From Octopus vulgaris (lineage: Eukaryota): a stretch of 64,000 bases of DNA. The notes beneath the pieces are model-generated. The model was not told the origin of the DNA, did not search any database, and worked only from the letters and a program-made list of their open reading frames with translations. Where the stretch lies: assembly GCA_951406725.2 (NCBI GenBank), contig OX597820.1:94550001-94614000 (forward strand), given 5' to 3'. Positions 52,951 to 64,000 of this stretch are shown one piece after another. The translations under genes and the position numbers were made by a program. Position 1 is the stretch's first letter. Each line of letters begins with the position of its first letter.

Positions 52951-53985
52951 AGATTCATTAAAATAAATGAGGAAACGATATAGTGCATTTTTTCCGTGTT
53001 GTATTGTGGTATGTTATTAATGAGGATAAGGTTAAAACCGCGGGGTAATCTCACTCGACGCGAGGTTTTACTATCAAACGAGGAAGTCTCTACGAAGCTA
53101 AATCCTCTAAACTCACACTGTCATCTTAAAAAAACAAAAGAAGAGAAAGTGGGGAACACCAGATGATGAAGTCCTACGTAACACTAATTAGGACGTAAGG
53201 GACACATGAGAATACCTCTGATCACAAGTTTGCTCTGTTAGGGCTGACTGGGATTAAACTATTGCTACTACTAGTCAAAACTCAGAGAAATCAATAATAC
53301 GGCAGTTTCCTTAGCAGCGTCGAATGTGTATCGAAGTAACATTGTACTAGTCAGCTTCCCTCCCTCTCTTCAATAACAATACAACCGTGATAGAATGTTT
53401 ATGTGACAACGTATACAATTACAAAGAGTTTTTATTTTTATTTTCAAAAAAATACATTTCCCCCTTCACTTAAATATGCAATAGCCCATTATTTATAGGT
53501 TGAGAACTCAATAAAACAAACAGTCTTCTCGAACCCAACATAACGAAGATAAATCGTATTTCTTGCAGAGGCACAAAGACAAAAATTTGAGAATAGGTCG
53601 TCGAATAAGTGGACTTAAGATCTTGACTAGTACGTATTTTATCGATCCCAGGAAGACGAAAGGCAAAGTCGACTTCGGCAGAGTTTGAACTCTAAAGATA
53701 ATGTTGATTATCCGTCGTAAGTAACTGGCATATGAGACGAAGAAGCCGGCATTCTCTTCGCGGCATATCACTAAATTATATTTGTTTTCTAAATTACAGA
53801 GCCTAATCACTGCAAATGCAAGCGATCACTTTGATTGTGCAAGGATAGAAGGAAAAAGAACGAAAATTTTAAAAGGAAGGTTGGTTATTTTATCAAATAG
53901 TGGTCGTTTGTATTCAGTTTTGAATCAACGTTAATTACATTAAAATTAGAAAAAGGCAAATAAATAAACAATAAGAATAACTTAC

Positions 53986-54079
53986 TTTTTTGTAAAGTTG
54001 AAATCACACTTCGCACTATATCCGTCCGTCCAGATTCAACGGCCTTTCGTAAACCTTCAGTGATTTCGTTAAGAGACAT
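53986..54079 (-). CDS. first coding exon of a host gene with an ankyrin-repeat-like N-terminus: MSLNEITEGLRKAVESGRTDIVRSVISTLQK
   Basis: ATG, 31 codons plus 1 nt, then a GTAAGT donor. L..AV..G..DIVR matches the ankyrin helix pair. No second exon was recognised. Confidence 0.6.
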
Positions 54080-54264
54080 AGCGAGTCATATAGAAATAAA
54101 AATTGTTTGTTTTTTAACATGAAGAACCAGAACACTAGGATCTGGAATTATGAATAAAAGGTGAATAAGAATTGAAAGGAAGCAAAAAGCTGAACTGAAA
54201 GGACAGGTGGTAGAAAGAAGAGGCCGAAAAAAAAATAAATAAAAGTAAGTTACTGTTACGTTGT

Positions 54265-54485
54265 CAACAGCCGCCTCTTTCATATAACACCGCCCATGAC
54301 GAGGCCAGAATGTAAATAAATCAACTTCCGCTTTCGCTATTTGCTTCCGTTCTCACTATTCGCGACTATGTTTCGGTTGTTGGATCTAACCGCTACGTTT
54401 TTGTTCGGCATACTAGAAATAGTGGCTAAAAACCCTTCATTTACATCCAGAAAACTTTAGTATTTTGAACATATAATATGGCGCA
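54265..54485. promoter_or_regulatory. candidate promoter of the 54079 gene
   Basis: Locally CpG-richer, with ETS-like ACTTCCG/GCTTCCG (about 54323-54350), CCGCCC, and a YY1-like ATGGCG near 54478. Confidence 0.4.
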
Positions 54486-57400
54486 CAAAGTGACACAAAC
54501 TGAATGGAAGACAATGTCAGCGTGTGTGTGTGTACCTATATTCGGTGTGTATATAACCGTGTGTACGTGAGTGTGTGCTTTTGCAATGCTTTACTTTTAC
54601 TGTCAATACATTCGTTTTAATAATTAGAAAAAAATGGCAGCCTTTCGGTATTAGTAGATCATGTCATTCTGTGTCTTTTTGAGCCCAGCCTCTTTTTGTT
54701 TCATAAGGGAAAATGTTGTGTGAGTGTATGACGATGTGTACTAATATCGAATGATTGTCCAAAAATGTTTAGATTAATCAGTCACATTCTATGATTATTT
54801 GCTCAACCTTCATTCGGGGTAGTTTTGTCACTTTCTTCACCATAATATATGTACAAAGTTCGAAAGATTGCCTTTGCATCCTACTGTCACGAAATGTGAC
54901 AGTAGGATAATGCGGTCGTAGATGGAATGGTTACGGTTGGAGTCTTTGATATTAGATTTACACAGTAACGGTTGCATGACACTGGAAAGATTTTTGATAA
55001 GGGCTAAAACATCGAAGAAGCATCTACACATTCGCACAACTAGTGAGAAATAGCATTCAAATTTCCCTCATATTACACTTTCATTTTGTGGTAAGAATTT
55101 GCCGTCAGATCTAAACATTTAGAGAGCTAATGAGAATTTTAGAAATTATTGACTTTATTTCATAATGAAGTTAATAAATCGTTTTTAAAGAAGTATAATA
55201 TTTTACTGCGTCTGGATCAGCTATGCCTTTATCCTCGGAGGTCGAGAAAATAAAATACTGGGATAGATGATATCCGCTTATCCCTTACCCGGCTGAATCA
55301 TTAACGTCCGGACAAAAATGTTTTGTATTTCTTCTCTCACCTGGGTCAAAATAACGTTTCATTATTTCGGAGTCGATATAATAAGTACCTGTTGGACACT
55401 GGGATCCATGTAATAGGCTAGCTCCCCGTCCAAAACTTTTAATCCCTGTGCCTATAGAACAAAAGATTATTATTATTATGGTGACCCAACATAATCATTA
55501 GCACGTAGGACGAAATACTCGACGGCATTTCTTTCTGCTCCTTGCGTGCTCAGCTGAAATCATTTTGAAGTCAAGTTTGCTCTTCATCCTTTCGATAAAA
55601 CAAAGTACTAGTTGATACCTCTCTCAAATGTTCAGGCATCGTGCCTGTATTAAGAAAGAATTACAATTAAGGCAGTGAACTGCCCTCTTGCCAAAATTTG
55701 AATCAAAGGCGGTGAGCTAGCAGAAACGATAGTATGCCGGATAAAATAATTCGCGGTATTTCGTTCGTCTTTACATTCTGAGTTCAAATTCCGCCGAGAT
55801 TGAATTTCATTCTTTCGGGGCCAATAAGATAAGTATCAGTTAAGCTCCCGGGGTCAGTGTTATCGACAATCCCTTTCCCACAAAATTTCAGGTCTTGTCA
55901 TAAGTCACAATTTTTGAACTACAAAAATATTTTGAAAACTTTTTTTTCCTGCATTTCCAGTCTATATCATTCATTGACATTTTATACACATTCACATTTG
56001 ATATTATAGTTTAAAAAAAAAAACGCAAATGTTTATTATTGCAATTGAACAGAAAAGAATAAATATGCTTTTTTTCAGCGATACCCATTTGAGACTTTTC
56101 AAAAAATTTATCATAATTTCCAAAATAATTCACATATCAAGAAAATTTAAATACTATATATTATTTTAACTCCCAAGACACTTGGCAAAGCCAAATATAT
56201 GAATAACAAAAATGTGGCTATTAATGAGTTAATAATAGCACTAATAATAGTAATTGTTTCCGATGTAGGCATAAGGTCAGCAATTTTAAACTGAGAATGT
56301 TAGCTCAAATCCCGCTGAGTTCCATTTCATCCCACCAGGGTCAACAAGAAAATATAGTACCTGCCAAGTACATGGGTGATGATATCGACTAATCCCAAGA
56401 ATGGCTGTTCTTGACAAAAACATAACAAAACAAAAGAATGAAATAATTGTTATTAATCTTGGTGGTTCAGCAGAATTGTTAGGCAATCGGACAAAATTTG
56501 TTCTGTCCCTTTACGTTGTGTTCAAATTCTGCTGAGGTCAGCTTTGATTTTTCATCCTTTCGAGGTCGGTAAAATAAATTACTTGTGAAATACTTGTTGA
56601 GGGCATCGACTAACCCACTCCATTCATGTAAACTTTATGGTTACACCAGAAAACTTTATTATTGTAAATTATATTAGTTTTCAAATTTTCAGACAATTGT
56701 TCAGAATTACCTCCCTTGCAAATCGTGCAGCTTCTCCAAGACACTTTAAATACACATTTCATATTTATAGCATCACGTTTTAAAATTACTATAAGGTTGT
56801 CAGATAAATTCCCTGCTTTTTTTTTCTTTTTTGGTACTCCATCGTGATATATCAGAAAAGTAATAATATTTATTCATATTTAGAAAATGATAAAAGTTGT
56901 AGGAAAATAGCGCTACCAAAAAAAAAAGAACAAACAAACCCATAAAACACAACAATAAAAATATTTTTCGTGTTAATTAAAATAACATAGAATTAGATTA
57001 TAGAATAAAATTGATTGACATCCTCACACACGACAGCGACAGCTGAAATCTACAGTTTCTGACGCATAATTTCATTTCCTGAGAACCGATTATGTCCCTT
57101 GCACTCTATTCACCTTCAATACCGCTTTTACACAGATGATGCTACTCTTACTCTTTATAAAGTAAAGAGCTTGCATCAAACCTATTCTGACTCTACGTAC
57201 AAAGTTCTCAAAACATTCTCCAGTGAACAGGGTGAGTGGGTAAGCCGATTACACCAGTGCTCAGCTGATACTTATTGACCCCGAAAGAAAGTCAAATTTT
57301 GCCAGCAATTTTATGAGAGGGAGTAAGTCAATTACATTGACTTGCTCCTTGCCTCAAACTTGCTGTCAAAATTTGTAACTAATATTTATCACGGCTCTTT

Positions 57401-58039
57401 CTAACCTAAGTTCTAATCCTGTCCAAGTCAACTTCTTAATTTCATAATTCTCGGGTCAATAAAATAAGCACCAATCAAGTATTTCGGTCGGTTTAGTCTA
57501 GTGCTTCCCAAATCAAGATTTTCTGGCTTTGTGCTGAATTTAGAAATAATTATTATTATAGGAGAGGGACTAGAATATAGATTTTTGGTATTCCTTGTTA
57601 TAGAAAATTGTTAGTGGACTTTAATGTGTGTGTCGGAAAAGAAAGATAAATGCTGTATCTATCAACAAGATTTCATACAAGGCTTTTATAGAAAATAATT
57701 CCAAAGGTGCAGAAATTACGACGTTATGAAACGAACTTTTCTTAATAATAAAGCTATGCTTCAGGAGATTCAGAGTAGGGTGACCCTGTAATTATTATAT
57801 TTGGTTGTCTGATGAATTCGTTCGTTTTAGTGAGTGTGTAAAACTTCAGGTATTTTCTAGTATTTTCCTTGCCTTCTTTGGGTTCTTTCCATTCGGCTTC
57901 TGCCGATCCACTGTTTTGATTTACAGTTACACATCAAGTATTTATTTTTCTGGACGAGTGAGTCATAACCTTCATCGATTTCTTTAAACTGACTCCAAGT
58001 CTTCTTTCTGAGAGCATCCTGTAATTGCGTCACGTCGAA

Positions 58040-58430
58040 GATCTTGATTCATTGGTTCTTCATAGAGATGTGCAATGCCACTTTCTCTGACTTCCCATCG
58101 ATGATGAATGTTGTCTGTAGCAAATAGTGCTTGATGCTGTTGAATGGCGCTACGACTGAGACGTCTTGCAGTATGCTGAATTTGTCAACCAGGATATAGT
58201 TGATCCCGTTTCGGAGCCGAGCTTTTGGGGTCCGCCAATTTCATCCCTTTCCAGAACTTTTCATGTACAGCCTATTTCTAATGTAATTTTTCCTTGCCCC
58301 TGCCATAGCGACTAAACGCTCTCCTTTTTAAATTTCTCTCGCCTATTCAAACTCTCTCGCTCATTCCAATGTTTCTTGCCCTGTTAGCTTTCATTATAAG
58401 CAAAGAATGGACATCGAAAATCGCCTGCAA
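58040..58430 (-). mobile_element. RTE-like LINE APE fragment
   Basis: Minus-strand WRTP....RNGINYILV...LQDVSVV.PFNSIKHYLL resembles the APE C-terminus IDYIL..DV.V...SDHRL. Confidence 0.6.
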
Positions 58431-58489
58431 TTTTTCTTCATCATGCATCATGGCCTGCTTGATGAGATCCGAGTCATTGATGTGAAAAC

Positions 58490-59743
58490 CTGAAAAATAC
58501 TAACAAGCACACATAAATTCTACTTAAACAGTGTTGTAGACCACTTCTACCTAAAGCGAAAACAAGGCGGTAGAGGTTTAACATCGATCCAAAATGCCTT
58601 TGAATGTCATATCATATTCCCTCGACAACATCATTTAACCACCAAGTGTCGAAGTTTGCATACATGAGGCTGATAACATCATAAAACTTGGAAGGCAGCT
58701 CTTTGAGCAACATTCTTTGTCTGATAACCTAGAATACAAGCCCAAAGAAGTCGCACGACTCTACCGCAACATATCATCAGATGAAAGGACGAGCCTATAT
58801 GAGCAAACTACGCATGGATATGTTAGTAGAAAGCTCCGGGATGATACTAACATCGATCATGAATGCAGTTGATTATGGACGAATAGCCGGATTACTACCT
58901 CCCACTTTGAAGGGTATGCGTTTGCAATCCAGGAACAGGAAATATCAACCAAGTACCTGATGCACAAAAGGGATAGAGACGCAGGAAAAGTTGTAAAATG
59001 TGACAGCCGATGCAGACTTTGTGGAGTTAACATCGAAGATATCACCCACATCATAAGAAGTTGTCCGAAAATGTCATTATGGTATAATCTAGCGATGAGA
59101 CATGATGCTGTAGCTAGGACATTCTATAAGGAAATCCTTGGGGAAGATTAACGCCAAGGACAAAGAAATAAAACCCACTATATGGTAGAAGCCAAAGCCA
59201 CTCATAATGAAAAGGTGTACTATGTAAGCACAACAGACCTGATATAATGATTTGGGATAGAGAAGAGAAACTATGCACTGTTGTGGAAATTTGCTGACCA
59301 GCGGATGTTAACATAAAGCCGGAGGTCAGTGAAAAAGAGAACACCTATACTGAACTATTGAGAAATCAAGTTCAAACTTACACCTGTAATTATTGGGGTT
59401 GTGGGATATGTAACACACTGCCTAAATATCAATCTTGAGAAATTAGGCTTCTCAAAACCAGAAATGAGTAAGCTAATTCGAAGACTACATATCCAATCCA
59501 TCACTGGAACTGTAAAAATCTGTAAAACTTTCCAGGAGTTTATAATTTAAATATACATGAACATGTCTATATATACATGAGAATATATATATACATACAT
59601 ACATATATATGAGCAAACATACATATATATGAACATACATACACATATGTGAGCATGTCTTTATATGCATGAGAATACATACATACGTACATACATACAA
59701 ATCTGCACATATACATACATGCATGCATACATACATACATACA

Positions 59744-59774
<31 letters not shown>

Positions 59775-59890
59775 GAACAAACAAAAATACCCTGTTGCTG
59801 ATGTTGAAATTCCAATGAAGGAGCCTTGAATCAAGGTTAGAAACCGGCTCTTTTTCTATTGGCAAGAAACCTTGAAATAAAACTGAACAT
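58490..59890 (+). mobile_element. R4/Dong-like RLE LINE 3' fragment with an internal (CATA)n-rich tract (59550-59775)
   Basis: GGRGL, EGYAFAIQEQ, CRLC..EDITHIIRSC, RHDAVA, HNRPDI, PVIIG. Confidence 0.82.
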
Positions 59891-59959
59891 ACAACTTTCA
59901 AGGTGATATCTTCTTAGTTTTGCTCTCTATCTTCTCATTAAGCCCACTATCATATTTTC

Positions 59960-60600
59960 TCAGAAAATATAGTGGCCATAGAAATGGATCCAGTAGTACG
60001 TCCTATCTTTTCTTTGTTGACAACTCGAAACTGAATAAGCCAAATATCAACGACATAAAAAAATAACCTCGTTACCTAATTTTCTACAGATATTGGATTG
60101 AAATTTGACGAGTCCAAACATGGACAATATGTCAAATTTGATGGAAAAGATGTGCCTCCTCTGAAACTTAAAAACGAACGGCCGGAAAATACAACCTATA
60201 CAGTCAGGTGATAATCATAGGTATCTTGGACGAAATGGGAATGTCAGATATGACGTACCCATAAATAAGGACCAGGAATGAATACTGCAGGAAAATAAAT
60301 ACGGTCATTAGAATCCACAGCTTGCAACAGGCATATTGCCCACACACTTTTGTAGGTCCTGTCTTTACACCTATGTTTGGCTTTCTGAACTGGTCATCAC
60401 AAGAACTCAGTGAAATAGATGTTTAAGCTTGCCATCTGCTCAGTGTTAGAGGAAACATCAACATCAGTGGAGTTGTAGATAGGATTTACTTCCCACGCAA
60501 TAATGGTAGCCATGGTCTCAGATCTGTATTGATGTCACATGAAGCACGTATTGTAATACCAAAAAACATCTGCAACAGAAGAGAGAGACGAGTAATAAAT
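59960..60600 (+). mobile_element. old R4-like LINE RT-distal fragment
   Basis: IGLKF, RYLG, WSSQELSEID, VDRIYFPR..G.HGL. Confidence 0.6.
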
Positions 60601-60681
60601 TTGAGGAGTGATATGAAATAAGAGCTGATACAGATCCCCCCCCCCACCTGTGGAGCACTGGTAAAATCTATTTATCAGAAG

Positions 60682-60739
<58 letters not shown>

Positions 60740-60902
60740 GCTTCAGAGGGGTGATGCTCATCCTACGCGCGGATAATTTTTTCGCAAATTAGAGTGTGGT
60801 TTACAATTAATTGCTTACCCTTGCTTTTTAAATAAACCGAATTCATTTTTTTTTAAGTATCAAAATAATAGATATGAAACCCTCGAATCCATCACTGTAC
60901 AT

Positions 60903-60951
<49 letters not shown>

Positions 60952-61399
60952 CGTATATGTATGTATGGTATGTATGTATGTATTATATATGTACGTATGT
61001 ACCCACACGTGTCTATGCGACGAGGGTCAAAACAGAAAGTGAACAAAATAATATGACCACTTGTTTATCGGGAAATTTATAAGTTCGATTTAAGAAATTT
61101 TTATTTATTAAAAAAAAAATTTTTTTTAAGATAATCAAATCTATCGTTCATCATTTCGAGCCGCTCAGCCAGTGAGTATTTCTGCCAACTTTGGTGAAAA
61201 TCCATTCAGCCGTTTTCCTGTAATTATGCAAACACACAAACAGACAAAGTGAGTGATTACAATGCCCTGCTTTCGCTTACGCGCGCAGGAGAATAAACTG
61301 GAATTGAACCCTAAGCATAAGAGATATTAAAACTCTGAGCGCAGTTCAATTCTCAAAAGATGACAAGTAAAGGGAGACTAATTCTTAAATTAGTAGAAA

Positions 61400-61572
61400 C
61401 CATCTACTCGCAATACCAGAGGGCGCACACTCACCTACCTTGATGTAATCTCCAGGGATACAGGCATCCAGCAACAGGACCTCCGTAATGCCATGATGGA
61501 CCGTGAAGTCTGGCGTAGCATGGTAAATTCCATTGTCTCGACCACGGTCGAACAATGATGATGATGATGATG
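61400..61572 (+). mobile_element. RTE-clade LINE 3' fragment
   Basis: RGRTLTYLDVISRDTG...LRNAMMDREVWR with a (TGA)n tail. Confidence 0.8.
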
Positions 61573-61574
61573 TA

Positions 61575-64000
61575 TTAGGTGTTACTCGGTACACCCTTAG
61601 AAATTGTTGAAATACAAAATCGCCCATCACTTTATTGTTCGCCTTTTTTCAACGCCCTCTTGAATGTGTCAACAAACTGCTCCGCTTGTCTATTTGACCT
61701 AGGAATTTTCGAACTCGTCTGAACTCGTTTGACGTAAACCGAGTTCCCTTATCAGACACAATGATATCAGGAAGACAATACCTGGCGAACAATTCGTGTA
61801 AAAAAATTATTGTAACCACAGATGTCGGCTTTTTACATTTATGCATTTCCGTCCACTTTGAAAAACCCTCTATCACAAGATAATATGAACCCTTAGGAGA
61901 ACCTGCGTAATTAACATGCAGCCTGGCCCTTGAAACGTATGATTTTAACCACTGTTGCCACTTAGTGGTAGGTGCTTTCGCAACTAAGGCACACCCTTTT
62001 CATGCTTCCACTAATTCTTCAATGTCATGGTCCATCGTCGGCCAATATACATAACTTCTCATTAACGATTTCATTCTCGAAATCTCTGGGTGACCAATAT
62101 GAAATTCCTTTAATAAGTGCAATATTGCTTTTGTAGTGTGGCTCGTACTACAACTCTTTGTGCGTACATTGTCACACATTCAGAAATGGTTCACGTTTGT
62201 GTTGCGCATATCTTTATCTCTTTTAACCTTCAGTATTTCTCTCTTTTAAAAATGAATTTATCGGTTTTCGATTTTAATTTCATGTCTTGGCAGTTCACAT
62301 ATGACGTTACACAAAACATTTTTTATTTCATTTTCCGCTCTCAAAGCAGCAAACACTATCTCTTCAAATGGTTCAGCACTTTTTGAAATCAGTCTTGATA
62401 AACAATCAGCGTGATCTGATTTCTTGGATGGTATATACTCTATCTTGAAAATATAGTTCAAAATATATCGTACCCCAGCGTTGCAACCTGTTAGCAGTAT
62501 GGGTAGGGATTCCTTTCTTTTACCCAAATACATATAATAACGCACGATGATCAGTCTGTAGACGAAAATTTCTGAGAAATTTTTCCACAGCAAATATAAT
62601 CGCTAGAGTTTCTTTTTGAAATCAGTCTTGATAAACAATCAGCGTGATCTGATTTCTTGGATGGTATATACTCTATCTTGAAAATATAGTTCAAAATATA
62701 TCGTACCCCAGCGTTGCAACCTGTTAGCAGTATGGGTAGGGATTCTTTCTTTTACCCAAATACATATAATAACGCACGATGATCAGTTGTAGACGAAAAT
62801 TTCTGAGAAATTTTTCCACAGCAAATATAATCGCTAGAGTTTCTTTTTCGATTTGGCTTTAATTTTTCTCTGCTGATACCAAAGAATATGGAGCATGAAC
62901 CATAGCCTTCATGCTACTATCTTTATATTTATGTAGCATTACTACTCCTACACCGTACTCAGAAGTGTCTGAAGCTACAACAATCTCCGCCGCAGGATAG
63001 AAGTGTGCTAAAGACAAATCGGTTATTATTAATATTTTGTTTTATTTCGTCAAATGACTTTTGACAATTTTCAGACCAATCCCACTTCTTATCTTTTTTC
63101 AGCTGGTTATTCAGTGGAACCCTCACCTTATGCGTATTTGGAATATAATTTGGGTAATAATTTTCCAGTCTTAAACATGCTTGTAAGATAGCTATATTTG
63201 TCGGAGTGGGCATATTTTTAATTACATCTACCCTCGACGGATCTGGTAAGAAAATTTCAGACTTTTCTTCACTCAAAGTAAAGACATAATCTCTAACTTT
63301 TTCGAATACATATTTTACGTGCTCTACGTGTTGATCCCTGGATTCGCTTTTAATGAGTATATCATCCAGATATGGAATTCCGAATTCACAGTCCGCTAAC
63401 ATATATATTAATTATATATATTATCCATAATCTGTTGAAAAATTGGAGGTGCGACTTTTAAGCCAAATGTTAACCTGTTGCATTTATACAGTTCTTTATA
63501 TGTGCTAATTGTTAGGTGTTTAGAGCATCAATCGTCTACTCTAATTTGTAGGTACGTATCAGAGTGATCTAATTTAGAAGATATCCTGCCACCGTTTAAT
63601 TTCGCAAAAATATCTTCCGGAGTAGGTAGTGGATAGTGCACGTTTTAAGTCATATGTTTAAACCAGCGGAAAAATCAGCACACACTCTGATTTTATCGTT
63701 CTTATTTATAATGTACACAGTTGGTGATGCCCGTTGACTATATTCCACTTTCAGGATAACTCCAATTTTTTCTAGTCTCTCTAAGGGTACCGTTCGTTCT
63801 TGTTTAAATGCCGGTATGGCGTTTTCTTTTATCTGAAACCGTTGTTTTGGTGCACAGACTTAATTTATCAGACAGAACCTCAGGAAAAATATTTTAAAAA
63901 TTTTCGATTCGTCTGACGACTTTTTTGTACCAGACGAAGAACCATTCACATTTTTACAGAAGATTTATGAGGAGGTCCCATAAGTTAAATAATTCCATCC
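61575..64000 (-). mobile_element. decayed Ty3/Gypsy LTR retrotransposon pol (RT-RNaseH-integrase), continuing beyond the window
   Basis: YLDDILI (RT), HADCLSRL (RNase H end), H.GHP...MKSLMRSYVYWP (integrase zinc finger), FSKW.E and IVSDKGTRFTS (integrase core). Confidence 0.88.

Noticed and set aside
60740-61295. Possible Helitron/Helentron-type non-autonomous element
   Set aside because: The end motifs are only loosely suggestive and there is a single copy in the window.

Overview
AT-rich eukaryotic genomic DNA, dense in repeats and microsatellites. The tRNA-derived SINEs and the LINE/Penelope content look like a coleoid cephalopod such as Octopus (inference). Almost all entries in the ORF track are microsatellite noise or retroelement remnants, and the host genes are spliced so the track misses them. 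(1) 1-17.6 kb, + strand: the 3' part of a micro-exon gene. Tandemly duplicated intron cassettes each carry one symmetric phase-1 exon of 30-36 nt (1302-1331, 4349-4378, 6741-6773, 7460-7489, 8674-8703, 11505-11540, plus a dead copy at 3138-3166). These splice in frame to a last exon (15996-16060) encoding a GPI-anchor-type hydrophobic tail: xVTSTNGVQN-DTGPTPGRAR-VPAAATTTTPK-DNRSAGGGVP-NITNPTTHKK-GTSAAASFENPK-YVQIPLTSLLALLTSAILVFN*. The exons have diverged much more than their flanking introns, almost only at amino-acid-changing positions. This is the most interesting system in the window. (2) 21.2-50.2 kb, - strand: a nine-exon gene for three CUB domains plus a transmembrane segment, carrying several lesions (probable pseudogene). 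(3) 53986-54079, - strand: an isolated first coding exon with an ankyrin-repeat-like start. The rest is mobile DNA: CR1-like LINEs (one with a 973-codon open APE-RT frame), R4/Dong-like RLE LINEs, RTE fragments, mariner remnants, Penelope-like palindromes (one with a hammerhead-ribozyme core), many SINEs and a decayed Ty3/Gypsy pol. All calls come from manual reading; no database searches were run.
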